The position numbers and the translations under genes were made by a program. DNA of 64,000 bases, taken from Deltaproteobacteria bacterium. GTDB taxonomy: Bacteria > Myxococcota_A > UBA9160 > JAJDAL01. The notes beneath the pieces are model-generated. The model saw only the letters and a list, made by a program, of their open reading frames with translations, was not told the DNA's origin and ran no database searches. The stretch lies in contig JAJDAL010000003.1 in NCBI GenBank assembly GCA_029261875.1, forward strand, positions 58,815-122,814, written 5' to 3'. How positions within the stretch are numbered: the stretch's first letter is position 1; each line of letters opens with the position of its first letter. Of this stretch, positions 1-9,201 are shown piece by piece.

Positions 1-560
1 TCCTGCAGGTCGATGACGACGGAGATGGAGACCCGATCGATGAATTAGCGACCGGTTCGGGTGGTGGGGAGGAGTGGCCATGCAACATCTATGCATCGTT
101 CAATGACGATGAAGACGAAGCGTGCAACGAAGACCCCATCAACGGTTTGGATGATGATGGCGATGGAAGGTTTGACGAAGATCCGCACGGCGATTTGAAT
201 GACGACGGGCTGCCCGGCATCGGTGGGTTCGACGACAATGGGAACGGAACGATCGATGACGGGCATCCCCTGGACAACGACGAAGACGGAAAGACCGGAG
301 AGGATTGGTTCGATGTCGTCGCATTCAGCGTCGTGGATGGAGAGCTGATCGAGCGGTTCCCGAGCTTCGCCAATTCGACGATGGACTCCACCGCGGCATG
401 GGTCGAGACGCCGATCGCGTCCAATGTGGATATGCTTTATGCCCATCGCGTTGTGCCGACCAACGGCCGCGACGACTACCTGATGCTGATTCTCGTGCTG
501 TCCAATGAATTCGATTCCGTCGTGTTGACCGAATGGATTCGCATCGCGGCGGGACTCTGA
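1..560 (+). CDS. 5'-truncated minor pilin/pseudopilin-like protein with Asp-rich (DDDGDGxxDE) putative Ca-binding repeats
   Basis: The frame of ORF 147..560 is open back to base 3 (LQVDDDGDGDPIDE...CNEDPINGLDDDGDGRFDEDP...). It stops 1 nt before the PilX-like gene. The pilin assignment rests on context only. Confidence 0.6.
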   Translation, partial: LQVDDDGDGDPIDELATGSGGGEEWPCNIYASFNDDEDEACNEDPINGLDDDGDGRFDEDPHGDLNDDGLPGIGGFDDNGNGTIDDGHPLDNDEDGKTGEDWFDVVAFSVVDGELIERFPSFANSTMDSTAAWVETPIASNVDMLYAHRVVPTNGRDDYLMLILVLSNEFDSVVLTEWIRIAAGL

Positions 561-561
561 G

Positions 562-2910
562 GTGCGGCGGAACAGTGAGGGCGGCTTCGTCTTGGTTGGA
601 GTCGTTCTGTCTCTCGCGATGATCGCCGTTGCAACCGCGCTCCTGCGTCAGGACAGTATGCTGGCGGATCGTCCGACCCGCCAGTTGGAACGCATCAATC
701 GGGCCTATCAGGTGGCGGAGGCGGGGTTCTACCACCAAAAACAACGCCTGGTGAACGCGCATTGCAGGGGGTACGAGGCAACGGAGCTTTCGAATGCAAG
801 ATTCGGGAGTGCGAACTACGGCCGCGAGCTGGGGGAAGGCGAAGGCGATCGCTATTCGACGGAGGTTCATCCGAACGCGGGTCCGCTCGTGCGTATCACC
901 TCGACCGCCGTTCTGGAAGACGGAACACGGACGGTATTTCATCGCGATCGCGTGCCGCTCATGGAAAGGGGTCCGAAGAAAGCCATCTTTCAACTGATCG
1001 GGGGTGCCAACGCAGAGAACGACACGTGGATTTCGAGTTTTGCGAACCAAACCGCAGTGGGGAACACGGGAATTCTCCTGTATGTGAACTCGGAGACCGG
1101 GGACCAAAAACGAATCCTCTTGAAATTTGATTTGACGGAGCTCGAGGGGACAGAAATCGATTTTGCGAAGCTGAGCCTCTACGAAAAGAGTAGCCCGGGC
1201 GCGGACGCAGAGGTTCGCGCACACCGGCTCCTTCAACCGTGGAGCGAGGGATCATCGTGGGAGTACGCGTCTAATCCCTTGTCCCCCTGGCCCGGCGGCG
1301 ACTACGTCGATGACCCGGATGCAGAATATTTTCTCGCGGACCGCCCCGGCTGGAGGACGGTTGATGTCACGGAGCACGTTCGAGCGTGGGTCGGCGATCC
1401 AGCGACGAACCACGGGTTCATCCTCGTCGCGACACCCGTGCCAGGAGGTTCCACGAACACCGAGCATCGCTTCCACAGCGAGGAGGCCACGGATGAAAGG
1501 TTGCATCCCCGCCTCGCCGTTGGATACCTCGGTCAGCGTCCGGCCTGCGGCGGGTTCGCCTTTCTGTTCTCGACCGAAAGTACGGCCGCGATTGGGGGGT
1601 GGACTTCGCAAAACGGAGACGTCGTGAAGTACGATCCAACGGCCCAGATTGCCTATCCCGTGTTCGACGAACACCTTTTTGATGGTGACGCCGTTGTCGA
1701 CGCGGTCCATCAGTTGGACGATAGAACGCTCGTGATGTCGACGTCGGACACCGAATCACTGCCTCCGGCGGATGGATATAGCGGCACGTTTTTCGATGGA
1801 GATCTCTTTCGCTGGGATCTCGTCGATCTCGAAGCAAGACCGTATCCGGATGTTCCGTTCTTGGAGTCGGACGTATTCGTCGGCGGCGGCGACATCGACG
1901 CGGTGTTCATCGAAGGCGACTGGATCTATTTCTCAACCAAAACGAACACCGAACTCGCCGCGGATACCGTTTTCGAGTTCTGGGAGGGTCTAAGCGAAGT
2001 CGACCGCGGAGGACGGGTACTGGACGGAATCGTCAACTCGGGGGACATCGTTCGGTTTCGACCCGGAGATAGAAGGGTGGAGCTCGTATTCTCTGACGAC
2101 ATGTTCGACGACTCCGGTGGAAACGTGAACGCGATTCATCGGCTGCGGAGCGGGAATCTCGTTTTCTCGACCCACAGTGCCGAATCACTCTATGGGGTTT
2201 CGTTCGAGAATGGCGACCTGGTGGAATGGGATCCGATCTCGCGGACCGCCAGCGTGTATTTCGATGGGGATGAATTCGAGAATTCAGAGGACCTTACGGC
2301 TGTTTCGATTCTCGAAGGCGAATATGGTGGACATCCGGGTTCGATCGCGATCGTGCGTCCTGCGGAGGATGTCTATTTCTCCCACGAATCCGCGCCCGGG
2401 GAACACGAAGAATCGGTCAACCTCTTCTTGGGTTTTCCTCCGTCTGGCGAGGTGGGTGAAGCGCGGGTGGTATTGCGATTCGACGTTCAGTCGAGGGTTC
2501 CCCGGGGTTCAACGGTGCTGAGCGCGATACTGCGGTTCTATGAGGCCGAGCAGAACGGACAGCGCCTGACGTTGCGCGCGTTTCGTCTGCAGGAAGCATG
2601 GCAGGCCGGCAGTGTCGCGTGGAGCGACTATTGGGCGAACGAGGGAGGAACGTTCGATCCGAACGACCCCCTGGCGGAAGTCGAGTGCTTGGGTGCGGCG
2701 GGATATCGCGAATTGGACATGACGTCGATCGCGCAACAATGGGTGAATGAGGGGGATACCTGTGACCCCGACGTTTGCAACTTCGGTTTGATCCTCGATG
2801 GGATACCACTCGAAGAGCCAACGGCGAACGCGAAGCTTCGGTCAGTCGAAGCGGGGCAGGAGAACCGGCGGCCGGAACTCGTGATCCACTATGTGGCGCC
2901 AAGTGAATAG
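562..2910 (+). CDS. PilX/GspK-like minor pilin fused to two DNRLRE/CBM96-like domains and a central repeat region
   Basis: Prepilin-like N-terminus MRRNSEGG|FVLVGVVLSLAMI (no E5). DNRLRE-like motifs occur twice (DTWI..RILLKFDL..NHGFIL..FHSEEA..HPRL and EDVY..RVVLRFD..NFGLIL..LRSVEA..RPELVI). Confidence 0.7.
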   Translation: MRRNSEGGFVLVGVVLSLAMIAVATALLRQDSMLADRPTRQLERINRAYQVAEAGFYHQKQRLVNAHCRGYEATELSNARFGSANYGRELGEGEGDRYSTEVHPNAGPLVRITSTAVLEDGTRTVFHRDRVPLMERGPKKAIFQLIGGANAENDTWISSFANQTAVGNTGILLYVNSETGDQKRILLKFDLTELEGTEIDFAKLSLYEKSSPGADAEVRAHRLLQPWSEGSSWEYASNPLSPWPGGDYVDDPDAEYFLADRPGWRTVDVTEHVRAWVGDPATNHGFILVATPVPGGSTNTEHRFHSEEATDERLHPRLAVGYLGQRPACGGFAFLFSTESTAAIGGWTSQNGDVVKYDPTAQIAYPVFDEHLFDGDAVVDAVHQLDDRTLVMSTSDTESLPPADGYSGTFFDGDLFRWDLVDLEARPYPDVPFLESDVFVGGGDIDAVFIEGDWIYFSTKTNTELAADTVFEFWEGLSEVDRGGRVLDGIVNSGDIVRFRPGDRRVELVFSDDMFDDSGGNVNAIHRLRSGNLVFSTHSAESLYGVSFENGDLVEWDPISRTASVYFDGDEFENSEDLTAVSILEGEYGGHPGSIAIVRPAEDVYFSHESAPGEHEESVNLFLGFPPSGEVGEARVVLRFDVQSRVPRGSTVLSAILRFYEAEQNGQRLTLRAFRLQEAWQAGSVAWSDYWANEGGTFDPNDPLAEVECLGAAGYRELDMTSIAQQWVNEGDTCDPDVCNFGLILDGIPLEEPTANAKLRSVEAGQENRRPELVIHYVAPSE

Positions 2911-2919
2911 GGGGTCACG

Positions 2920-4041
2920 ATGAACATTCGATCGCGAATTCGAAAGGCTCTGCACCCGCGCGGTGACAACGCGGGCCCGATCGGTTTCGAAATTGGAAGC
3001 AAACAGCTGAAGTTGGTGCAGTTCGAGCGCGGTGATGGGCGCGTCAAACTGCGCGCCTCCGTAACAATTCCTCACGGATTCGATGGGGATCTGCTGGTTG
3101 AACGTCCCAAGCAATTGAAGGCGCTCCTCGAACGCATGCTCCGCGATCGAGGGTTCCGGGGTCGAAAGATCGTTTCCGCATTGCCCGCAGAGAAGCTGAA
3201 GCTGATGGTGGTGAACTACAAACGCGAGGCGAGCCAAGCGGAAGCGAAGACGATCCTGGGACGCGTCGAGGAACGGATCGGTGAATCGCCGCGGGGCTGG
3301 GTGGTGGACTACCTGCCGATTCGAACCAGTGGAGAGTTGCACGGCGAGAAGTCGGCCCTGGTTGCCGTGGCTCGGGAAAGCGACGTCATCGAGCACCTCG
3401 AGTTGCTTCACGCCGCGGGACTGGTGGTAGATGCATTGGAGATCGTGCCGGTTGCCGTGAGGCGTTTGGTCGGCTGGCTGAGTCGCGAAGACGAGAATCC
3501 GCTCGTCGTGCATTGCGATGGGAAGAACACCTACCTGATTGCCTTGTGGGGACGGCGCTTGATTCTCTACCGGGAGATCGAGTTCGGCGAAGATGCGCTG
3601 GTCGAATCGCTCGAAAAGGCCCTCGGCATGGATCCGGAAGCGGCGCGGACGGCGCTGCGCGACTACGGAATCGCGACGGGCCAGGTTCCCGTTGGTCGCG
3701 TGGCACACGACCCGGCGCAGACCCTCGAAATTTCCGAAGCGATCCGGGAGATCCTCAAACCCGCCTTCAACGGCCTCGCGGAACAGATCCGCAAGGCGAC
3801 GACGTACACGTCTTCCGTGGCTCGCGGCGCTTCGGTGGATCGACTGCTGTTGTTGGGGGCCCCGACCCGCTGGCCCGGCGCAGCCGCGCTGCTGGAACAG
3901 CTACTCGCGCTTCCCGTCGAAACGTTGGATACGGCGAATTTGTCGCCCGAGGGGCAGCACGCGCCGGTTGAGGCGGACACGAGCGCGGATCTCGCTGTGG
4001 CGGCGGGTCTCGCGTTGCGGGGGCTTTGGGAAGATGAGTGA
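2920..4041 (+). CDS. pilM: Type IV pilus assembly protein PilM (actin-like)
   Basis: IGFEIGSKQLKLVQ N-terminal motif, C-terminal AVAAGLALRG, first gene of an M-N-O-P-secretin run. Confidence 0.85.
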   Translation: MNIRSRIRKALHPRGDNAGPIGFEIGSKQLKLVQFERGDGRVKLRASVTIPHGFDGDLLVERPKQLKALLERMLRDRGFRGRKIVSALPAEKLKLMVVNYKREASQAEAKTILGRVEERIGESPRGWVVDYLPIRTSGELHGEKSALVAVARESDVIEHLELLHAAGLVVDALEIVPVAVRRLVGWLSREDENPLVVHCDGKNTYLIALWGRRLILYREIEFGEDALVESLEKALGMDPEAARTALRDYGIATGQVPVGRVAHDPAQTLEISEAIREILKPAFNGLAEQIRKATTYTSSVARGASVDRLLLLGAPTRWPGAAALLEQLLALPVETLDTANLSPEGQHAPVEADTSADLAVAAGLALRGLWEDE

Positions 4042-4678
4042 CATCGATCTGATTCCCACGGAATACCGGCGCTTCGCTCAGTTGCGTTCGTGGCTGCGCA
4101 AGTTCGCTGTGGCGTACATCGGGGTCTTGCTGCTCTTGATCGTTGCAAAACTGGGGATTTCCTACAGCGTTCACCTGAGATCCGAGCAAGCGCGAGAACT
4201 CAAACAAGTGCGCTCCGTCGAAAACCGCTACCGGATGCGGCTCGGAGAACTCCAGAAACAACAACAGGACGCGAATCGGCGTTTGGCCATCCTTTCGGGC
4301 CTGCGTGAGGGGATATCCGCACGGGAGTTGTTCGAGGTGGTGGATCGCGCGCTCGACGACGATGTCTGGTTCAACAAGATGGAATTCCGGCGCAAGGGCG
4401 AAATGGCCGATAAGGGACCCGAGGCTGTGCAATCCGGGCTCTTCATCGTGCTGCCTTCAGACGAGCGCGAGGAGGGCGATCGCGGTTGGCTGGTCCACAC
4501 CCATATGGAGATCTCGGCCCAGGCGCGGGATCACTCCGCCTTGGCGAGTTTTGTGCGAAGGCTGATCGATCAGCCGGAGATCGAAGAGGTTCGAGTGCTG
4601 AATACGCGAATCCGTCGCAACACCGATTTCGAGTTGGTCGATTTCGAGCTCGCGGTGGTGTTACGGAGCCAAGCGTGA
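4034..4678 (+). CDS. pilN: PilN-like protein
   Basis: ATG at 4034 gives MSDIDLIP (INLLP-like PilM-binding motif), then a TM helix and coiled coil. Overlaps the pilM stop. Confidence 0.8.
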   Translation: MSDIDLIPTEYRRFAQLRSWLRKFAVAYIGVLLLLIVAKLGISYSVHLRSEQARELKQVRSVENRYRMRLGELQKQQQDANRRLAILSGLREGISARELFEVVDRALDDDVWFNKMEFRRKGEMADKGPEAVQSGLFIVLPSDEREEGDRGWLVHTHMEISAQARDHSALASFVRRLIDQPEIEEVRVLNTRIRRNTDFELVDFELAVVLRSQA

Positions 4679-5247
4679 AGACCGAAGTCCTCATGCGCAT
4701 GCAGCGCGAGCTCAAGCCCCAGGGCTGGCTAGCAGTGATGGTCGCGATGCTCGTGATGACGGTGTTGGCCGGTTACCTGTACGTCTTGAAGCCCGACATT
4801 GCCGAGCATCGCGCGCTTTCGGGTCAGGGAGCGCAGTCCGACATCGAGGAAGCCACGGGAGCGGCAACCCGTGCGACGCAAGAAATTGCGCGTCTCGAAG
4901 TGGAAGTCGAAAGCTTGAACGAGCGACTCTGGGGGCAATCTTCGAAGGAGTCCGCGGACACCCTCGAATCCTTCGTCATCGATCGTCTCGACCAGGCGTC
5001 GGCCATTCACGACGTGCATCTCGAGAGTGTCAAGCCGGGTGCCATCGAAAAGGTACTGATCTTCGACGAGCTTCACTACGACGTGGTCGTGGGGGGAGAT
5101 TATTTCGCCCTGTATGGCTGGCTCGCGTCCCTCGAACAAGACCTCCGCCCCCTCGTCATCAAACGCTTCGAAATCGAAAATGGTTCCAACGATCAGGTGA
5201 AGATGGACCTCCGCTTGGTTTCGTACCGACCGCGGGGAGGCGCGTAG
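4675..5247 (+). CDS. pilO: PilO/GspM-like protein
   Basis: GTGA overlap with pilN; N-terminal TM, coiled coil, and GGDYFALYGWLASLE typical of PilO. Confidence 0.75.
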   Translation: MKTEVLMRMQRELKPQGWLAVMVAMLVMTVLAGYLYVLKPDIAEHRALSGQGAQSDIEEATGAATRATQEIARLEVEVESLNERLWGQSSKESADTLESFVIDRLDQASAIHDVHLESVKPGAIEKVLIFDELHYDVVVGGDYFALYGWLASLEQDLRPLVIKRFEIENGSNDQVKMDLRLVSYRPRGGA

Positions 5248-5249
5248 GC

Positions 5250-5609
5250 GTGCGGGGTGCGGCAATGGTACTTCTTGCCGGGCTCATTGTTGCGTCCGGC
5301 GCAGATGCGGGCGAGGGCTTGTCCGTGGCCAAGCTTCGCTTCAATCCGTTCGTGAAGCCGTCTCTCCCTGCAGCGGAGCCCAACGCAAAGCCCGAGTTCG
5401 ATCGCGCGTCTGCCTGGCGACCGGAGTTGACCGCAACGCTCGTTTCCGGAGAGAACTCCATCGCCAACCTCGGAGGCGCAGTACTCCGGCTCGGGGAGGA
5501 GGCGAACGGCTACAAGCTCGTGGCGGTCCGCCACTACGAAGCCGATTTCGAACGCAACGGTGAAGTGATGACGTTGTCCTTGGACGCGAACCACGCGGGG
5601 GATCGATGA
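5250..5609 (+). CDS. PilP/MshK-like small periplasmic protein
   Basis: Signal peptide, RFNPFVKP motif, position between pilO and the secretin. Confidence 0.6.
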   Translation: MRGAAMVLLAGLIVASGADAGEGLSVAKLRFNPFVKPSLPAAEPNAKPEFDRASAWRPELTATLVSGENSIANLGGAVLRLGEEANGYKLVAVRHYEADFERNGEVMTLSLDANHAGDR

Positions 5610-6976
5610 GGCTGCGCCACGCGATCTTTGCGTTGGGGGTACTCGTCGTCGTGGGTGGCGGCGACGCCGCGCGGGCGGAGCCGGAGCCCATCGAAGTCTC
5701 CGGCGGACACGGGAGTCCGATTTCGATCGTCGTCCGCAAGGCACCCGTCGTGGAAGTGTTCGAAATGCTCGCGCGCGAGCAGTTCGTCAACATCCTGCTC
5801 GCCAAGGGGATCGAAGGCGAAGTTTCCGTCAATCTGTTCGAAGTCTCGTTGGATCGGGCGGTTCGTTCGATCGCCGAGGCCGCGGGTTTCGTCGCCGAGC
5901 GTCGGCGCGGCGGATACATGATCGTGGCGCGCGACGATGCCGGCAAGGATTCCGTCGAGAGCAATACGATCATTCGCGCCTTCAAGGTCGAGTATTCGGA
6001 ACCGTCGACGGTGAGCGAGATCGTCGAGAAACAGCTTTCGCGTTACGGCGAGGTGACGACCCTCGAATCGCGGCGCTTGCTGGTGGTGGAAGATCTCCCG
6101 GAGTTCGTCGACAAGATCGAAGGCCTGCTGGCGGAAGTCGACCGCGGGCCGCAACAGATCATGATTCAAGCCAAGATTCTCGAGATCACGCTGGACGACA
6201 CCGAGAGCTTCGGCATCGATTGGGCGCGCACCTTCGATCCCGAGGACGGCATTGGGACCATCGGCGTTCGCGGCCTGGCGTCGGCGGGGGCCACCGGGCT
6301 CTTCTTCGATCTCATGAATTCGGATCTCGAGTTGGCGGTGACGGCGCTCGACGACAAAGGGCGCGTTCGCACGCTGTCGACGCCATCCCTGCTGGCGCTC
6401 GAGAACGAAGAAGCGGAAGTCGTGATCGGCGAGCGGCTCGGGTTCCGCGTCACGACGACCATCAACGAAGTGACGACGGAATCCGTCGAGTTTCTCGAGA
6501 CGGGTGTGATTCTCAAGTTTACCGCGTCGGTGGATCGCCGCGGCCACATCGTGCTGAAGATCCACCCGGAAGTCAGTACCGGGAGTATCACGGACGGGCT
6601 GCCTTCTCAGACGACGACGGAAGTCACCACCACGTTGATCACCGAGAACGGACAACGCGTCTTCATTGCGGGGCTGCTCAAGGACACGGAATCCGAAACC
6701 CATGTGGGGATCCCCTACGTGATGGACGTACCGATCCTCGGGCGGCTGTTCCGGCGCACGGAGCAGCGCAACGTCAACACCGAGACCGTGGTGATCTTGA
6801 CCGCCCACGTGGTGGGGGACGACATGCGGCTGGTGAAGAAACACGATGCGGTGAAGAAGTCCTACGAAGTGGACGAAGTGATGCGCGGGCACCGGATCCA
6901 CATGGATCGACCCTGGATTCCCCGCTGGCCTCCGCCGGCCGACATGGATCCCGTCCCCGCCTCGGCCGCGCCCTAG
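5606..6976 (+). CDS. Secretin (PilQ/GspD/MshL family)
   Basis: QIMIQAKILEI, LSTPSLLALENEEA, GIPYVMDVPILGRLF secretin motifs; ATGA overlap with the upstream gene. Confidence 0.92.
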   Translation: MRLRHAIFALGVLVVVGGGDAARAEPEPIEVSGGHGSPISIVVRKAPVVEVFEMLAREQFVNILLAKGIEGEVSVNLFEVSLDRAVRSIAEAAGFVAERRRGGYMIVARDDAGKDSVESNTIIRAFKVEYSEPSTVSEIVEKQLSRYGEVTTLESRRLLVVEDLPEFVDKIEGLLAEVDRGPQQIMIQAKILEITLDDTESFGIDWARTFDPEDGIGTIGVRGLASAGATGLFFDLMNSDLELAVTALDDKGRVRTLSTPSLLALENEEAEVVIGERLGFRVTTTINEVTTESVEFLETGVILKFTASVDRRGHIVLKIHPEVSTGSITDGLPSQTTTEVTTTLITENGQRVFIAGLLKDTESETHVGIPYVMDVPILGRLFRRTEQRNVNTETVVILTAHVVGDDMRLVKKHDAVKKSYEVDEVMRGHRIHMDRPWIPRWPPPADMDPVPASAAP

Positions 6977-7504
6977 CGCGGGTTTTCCGCGCCCAACCGC
7001 GCCGACGCGACCTCCGAAACGCAACCCATTCCTTTTTACGATTTGCCCGGCGATCCCAGCGGTTTCGTGCGCGACTTGCACGCTTGCGAGGGCGGCGCGG
7101 GCCGCGGGAATCCCCCATGCGCGATCGGTTCCTATAGGATGGGCGAGTGCAAAAGCGCGTCCGATCCCGAATCTGCTCGATGGCGCTGAGTTGCGCGCTG
7201 ATCCTGTCGGCCGCCGCCGCGTGGGCGGAGGCGCCCGCGACGCTCACGGACCACCCGGTTCGAACCGTCTCCGAAGCGACCCGGGGGTCGGGGATCGGTT
7301 GCCGACGCGACCGCGTGGTCTGGTCGGGCGGCGTTGCGCGGCGAGGTCCGGATCGCCTGGCTCCGCGGCCGGTTCGTTCGAAGTGGCAGCGCGAAGACGA
7401 CAGCCGCATTCAATGTCCCGAATTGCGCAGCGGGATTTTTCGCGGCGTTCGGGTCAGCGATCGCCCCTGGATGCGCTAAACCCTTCGTCGAGGAGGGTCA
7501 CCCC

Positions 7505-7846
7505 ATGGCAGCGAAGATCGATTGGTATTACCACCGCAAGGGCTGAACGTCTTGTACCCGGGCGTCCAAGTTTTTGGATGCGAATGGAATCGAGGCGAAG
7601 GAAGTGGTGCCCGCCAGCAGGAAGCTCGGCAAATCCGATGCGGCCCGCATGGCGAAAGCCGCGTCGAAGGTGATCGTCGCCAAGGGCAAGAGGGTCAGCG
7701 AATTCAAACCCGGCGGGAAGGCGAGCCCGGAGCTGGTGGAAGCCATGCTCGGACCTACGGGCAATCTTCGCGCACCGACGATCCGCCGCGGTAAGACCGT
7801 CATCGTGGGTTTCAACGAAGATGTGTTCGAGGACGCGCTGCTCTAG
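7505..7846 (+). CDS. ArsC/Spx-like thioredoxin-fold selenoprotein, 113 aa, UxxC motif (TGA 7544-7546 read as Sec)
   Basis: AGGAGG RBS, ATG 7505, MAAKIDWYYHRKG-TGA-TSC, continuing in the same frame into ORF 7574..7846, which has ArsC-family GNLRAPTIRRGKTVIVGFNE. A hairpin follows the TGA. Confidence 0.88.
7562..7581 (+). promoter_or_regulatory. Putative bacterial SECIS element
   Basis: GCGTCCAA-GTTT-TTGGATGC: 8-bp stem with one G-U pair; GUUU apical loop beginning 23 nt after the in-frame TGA. Confidence 0.7.
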
Positions 7847-7882
7847 ATCGAACGTCTCCGCCGCAAGCGTATCCTCGCCAAG

Positions 7883-9121
7883 CTAGTTCTCTTCGAGTGT
7901 GAACGTGAGGCCCGCGTTGGTTTGCAGCCGGCCGAGCAGCGCTTTCCCCATGGCGGAGGCGGGGGTCCAGATTCCGCCGCTCACGTTCGATTCATCGAGG
8001 GCGAGGCACACGGCGCTTTCGCCGAGCATCTTGGCCGTCGACCCGTAGCCGGGATCGCGGTCTCCCTTCACGCTCGCCCGCAGGTGCTTGGTTCGGTCTT
8101 CCGGATGTTCGCCGAACAGGCGCACGTGAAAGAAGCCCGTCTCGCGCTCTTCCTTCGACGGACCATCGCCGGGTTCCGGCAGGAAGCGCGTCATGGCGCG
8201 GCGCAGGGGGCCTACAGCGCCCGCCAGCATGCCGCCCGCCACGGACGCGGATAGGGCCGCCGCTTTCGCCCAACCGACCGGACCCCTTCCCATCAAGGTC
8301 GCTTCGTCGTATTGGAAGTTCGCACCGTAGGGATGCTTCAGGATCGCATTGGTGCGTCGCACCACGCGCGTGTTGATCCCCGCCATCACGAACGGGCCGG
8401 TCCATTGGGAAAAATCCGCGTCGTAGGCGGGCCCGGCCTGGTCGCCGCCGTCGGGTCCGAAACGCTGACCGTCCGGGTTCAACGCGTAGGGGTCGGCGAT
8501 CAAGCGCCGGATTTTCGGATTGGATGCGGCTTCCGACATCAGGTTGAGCATGCTCGCAATGGTGCCACCGCTCATGCCGCCCTTGAATTTCACCACGCGA
8601 TACTTGACGCGGGAGCACGCCACACCGTGTCGCGATTGCATGAGGTCTTGCAGGAAGAACACCCCCATGTCCGACGGGATGCTGTCGAACCCGCAGGTGT
8701 GGACGATGCGCGCGCCGCTGTCCTCGGCGGCTTTTTGATGCGAATCAATCATGGCGCGCATCCACTGGGGCTCGCCGGTGAGATCGCAGTAATGGGTGCC
8801 GCCTTGCGCGCAGGCGGCCACCAACTCGGAGCCGTATTTCGCATAGGGGCCGACGGTGGTGCACACGACCCGCGTGCGGGCCGCCAGGGCATGCATGGAG
8901 GCTTCGTTCGCACTGTCGCCCAGGACCAGCGGCAACGCGGACGCTTCGGCGCCCAGGCCCGCGCGCACGGCTTCGAGCTTGGCTTGGCTGCGCCCGCCCA
9001 GGGCCCAGCGCAGATCGCGGCCGATTCCGTAGCGCTCCATCAGGTATTCGGCGACCAGTTTGCCGGTAAAACCGGTTGCGCCCCACACGACGACGTCGAA
9101 CTCTCGATCCGTTGTAGACAT
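7883..9121 (-). CDS. Saccharopine dehydrogenase-like / trans-acting enoyl reductase family oxidoreductase
   Basis: REFDVVVWGATGFTG, TTVGPYAKYG, YCDLTGE, CGFDSIPSDMG, GDRDPGY motifs; start MSTTDRE. Confidence 0.9.
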   Translation of the reverse strand: MSTTDREFDVVVWGATGFTGKLVAEYLMERYGIGRDLRWALGGRSQAKLEAVRAGLGAEASALPLVLGDSANEASMHALAARTRVVCTTVGPYAKYGSELVAACAQGGTHYCDLTGEPQWMRAMIDSHQKAAEDSGARIVHTCGFDSIPSDMGVFFLQDLMQSRHGVACSRVKYRVVKFKGGMSGGTIASMLNLMSEAASNPKIRRLIADPYALNPDGQRFGPDGGDQAGPAYDADFSQWTGPFVMAGINTRVVRRTNAILKHPYGANFQYDEATLMGRGPVGWAKAAALSASVAGGMLAGAVGPLRRAMTRFLPEPGDGPSKEERETGFFHVRLFGEHPEDRTKHLRASVKGDRDPGYGSTAKMLGESAVCLALDESNVSGGIWTPASAMGKALLGRLQTNAGLTFTLEEN

Positions 9122-9201
9122 TTTGCGACCTCCGGAAGCAGCTGGGATTATATCAGCGTTGCGGCGGCGCATGGGGATGGACCTCCGGTAGACTCCCGCG
9201 C

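Noticed and set aside
1-320. GAC/GAT-rich repeats as a CRISPR or DNA repeat array
   Set aside because: The repeats are degenerate at DNA level and explained by Asp-rich coding sequence.
7544-7546. TGA read as a nonsense mutation (pseudogene) or as two separate small ORFs
   Set aside because: The stop sits exactly at the catalytic Cys position, both halves are intact and in frame, and a SECIS-like hairpin follows, so recoding is more parsimonious.
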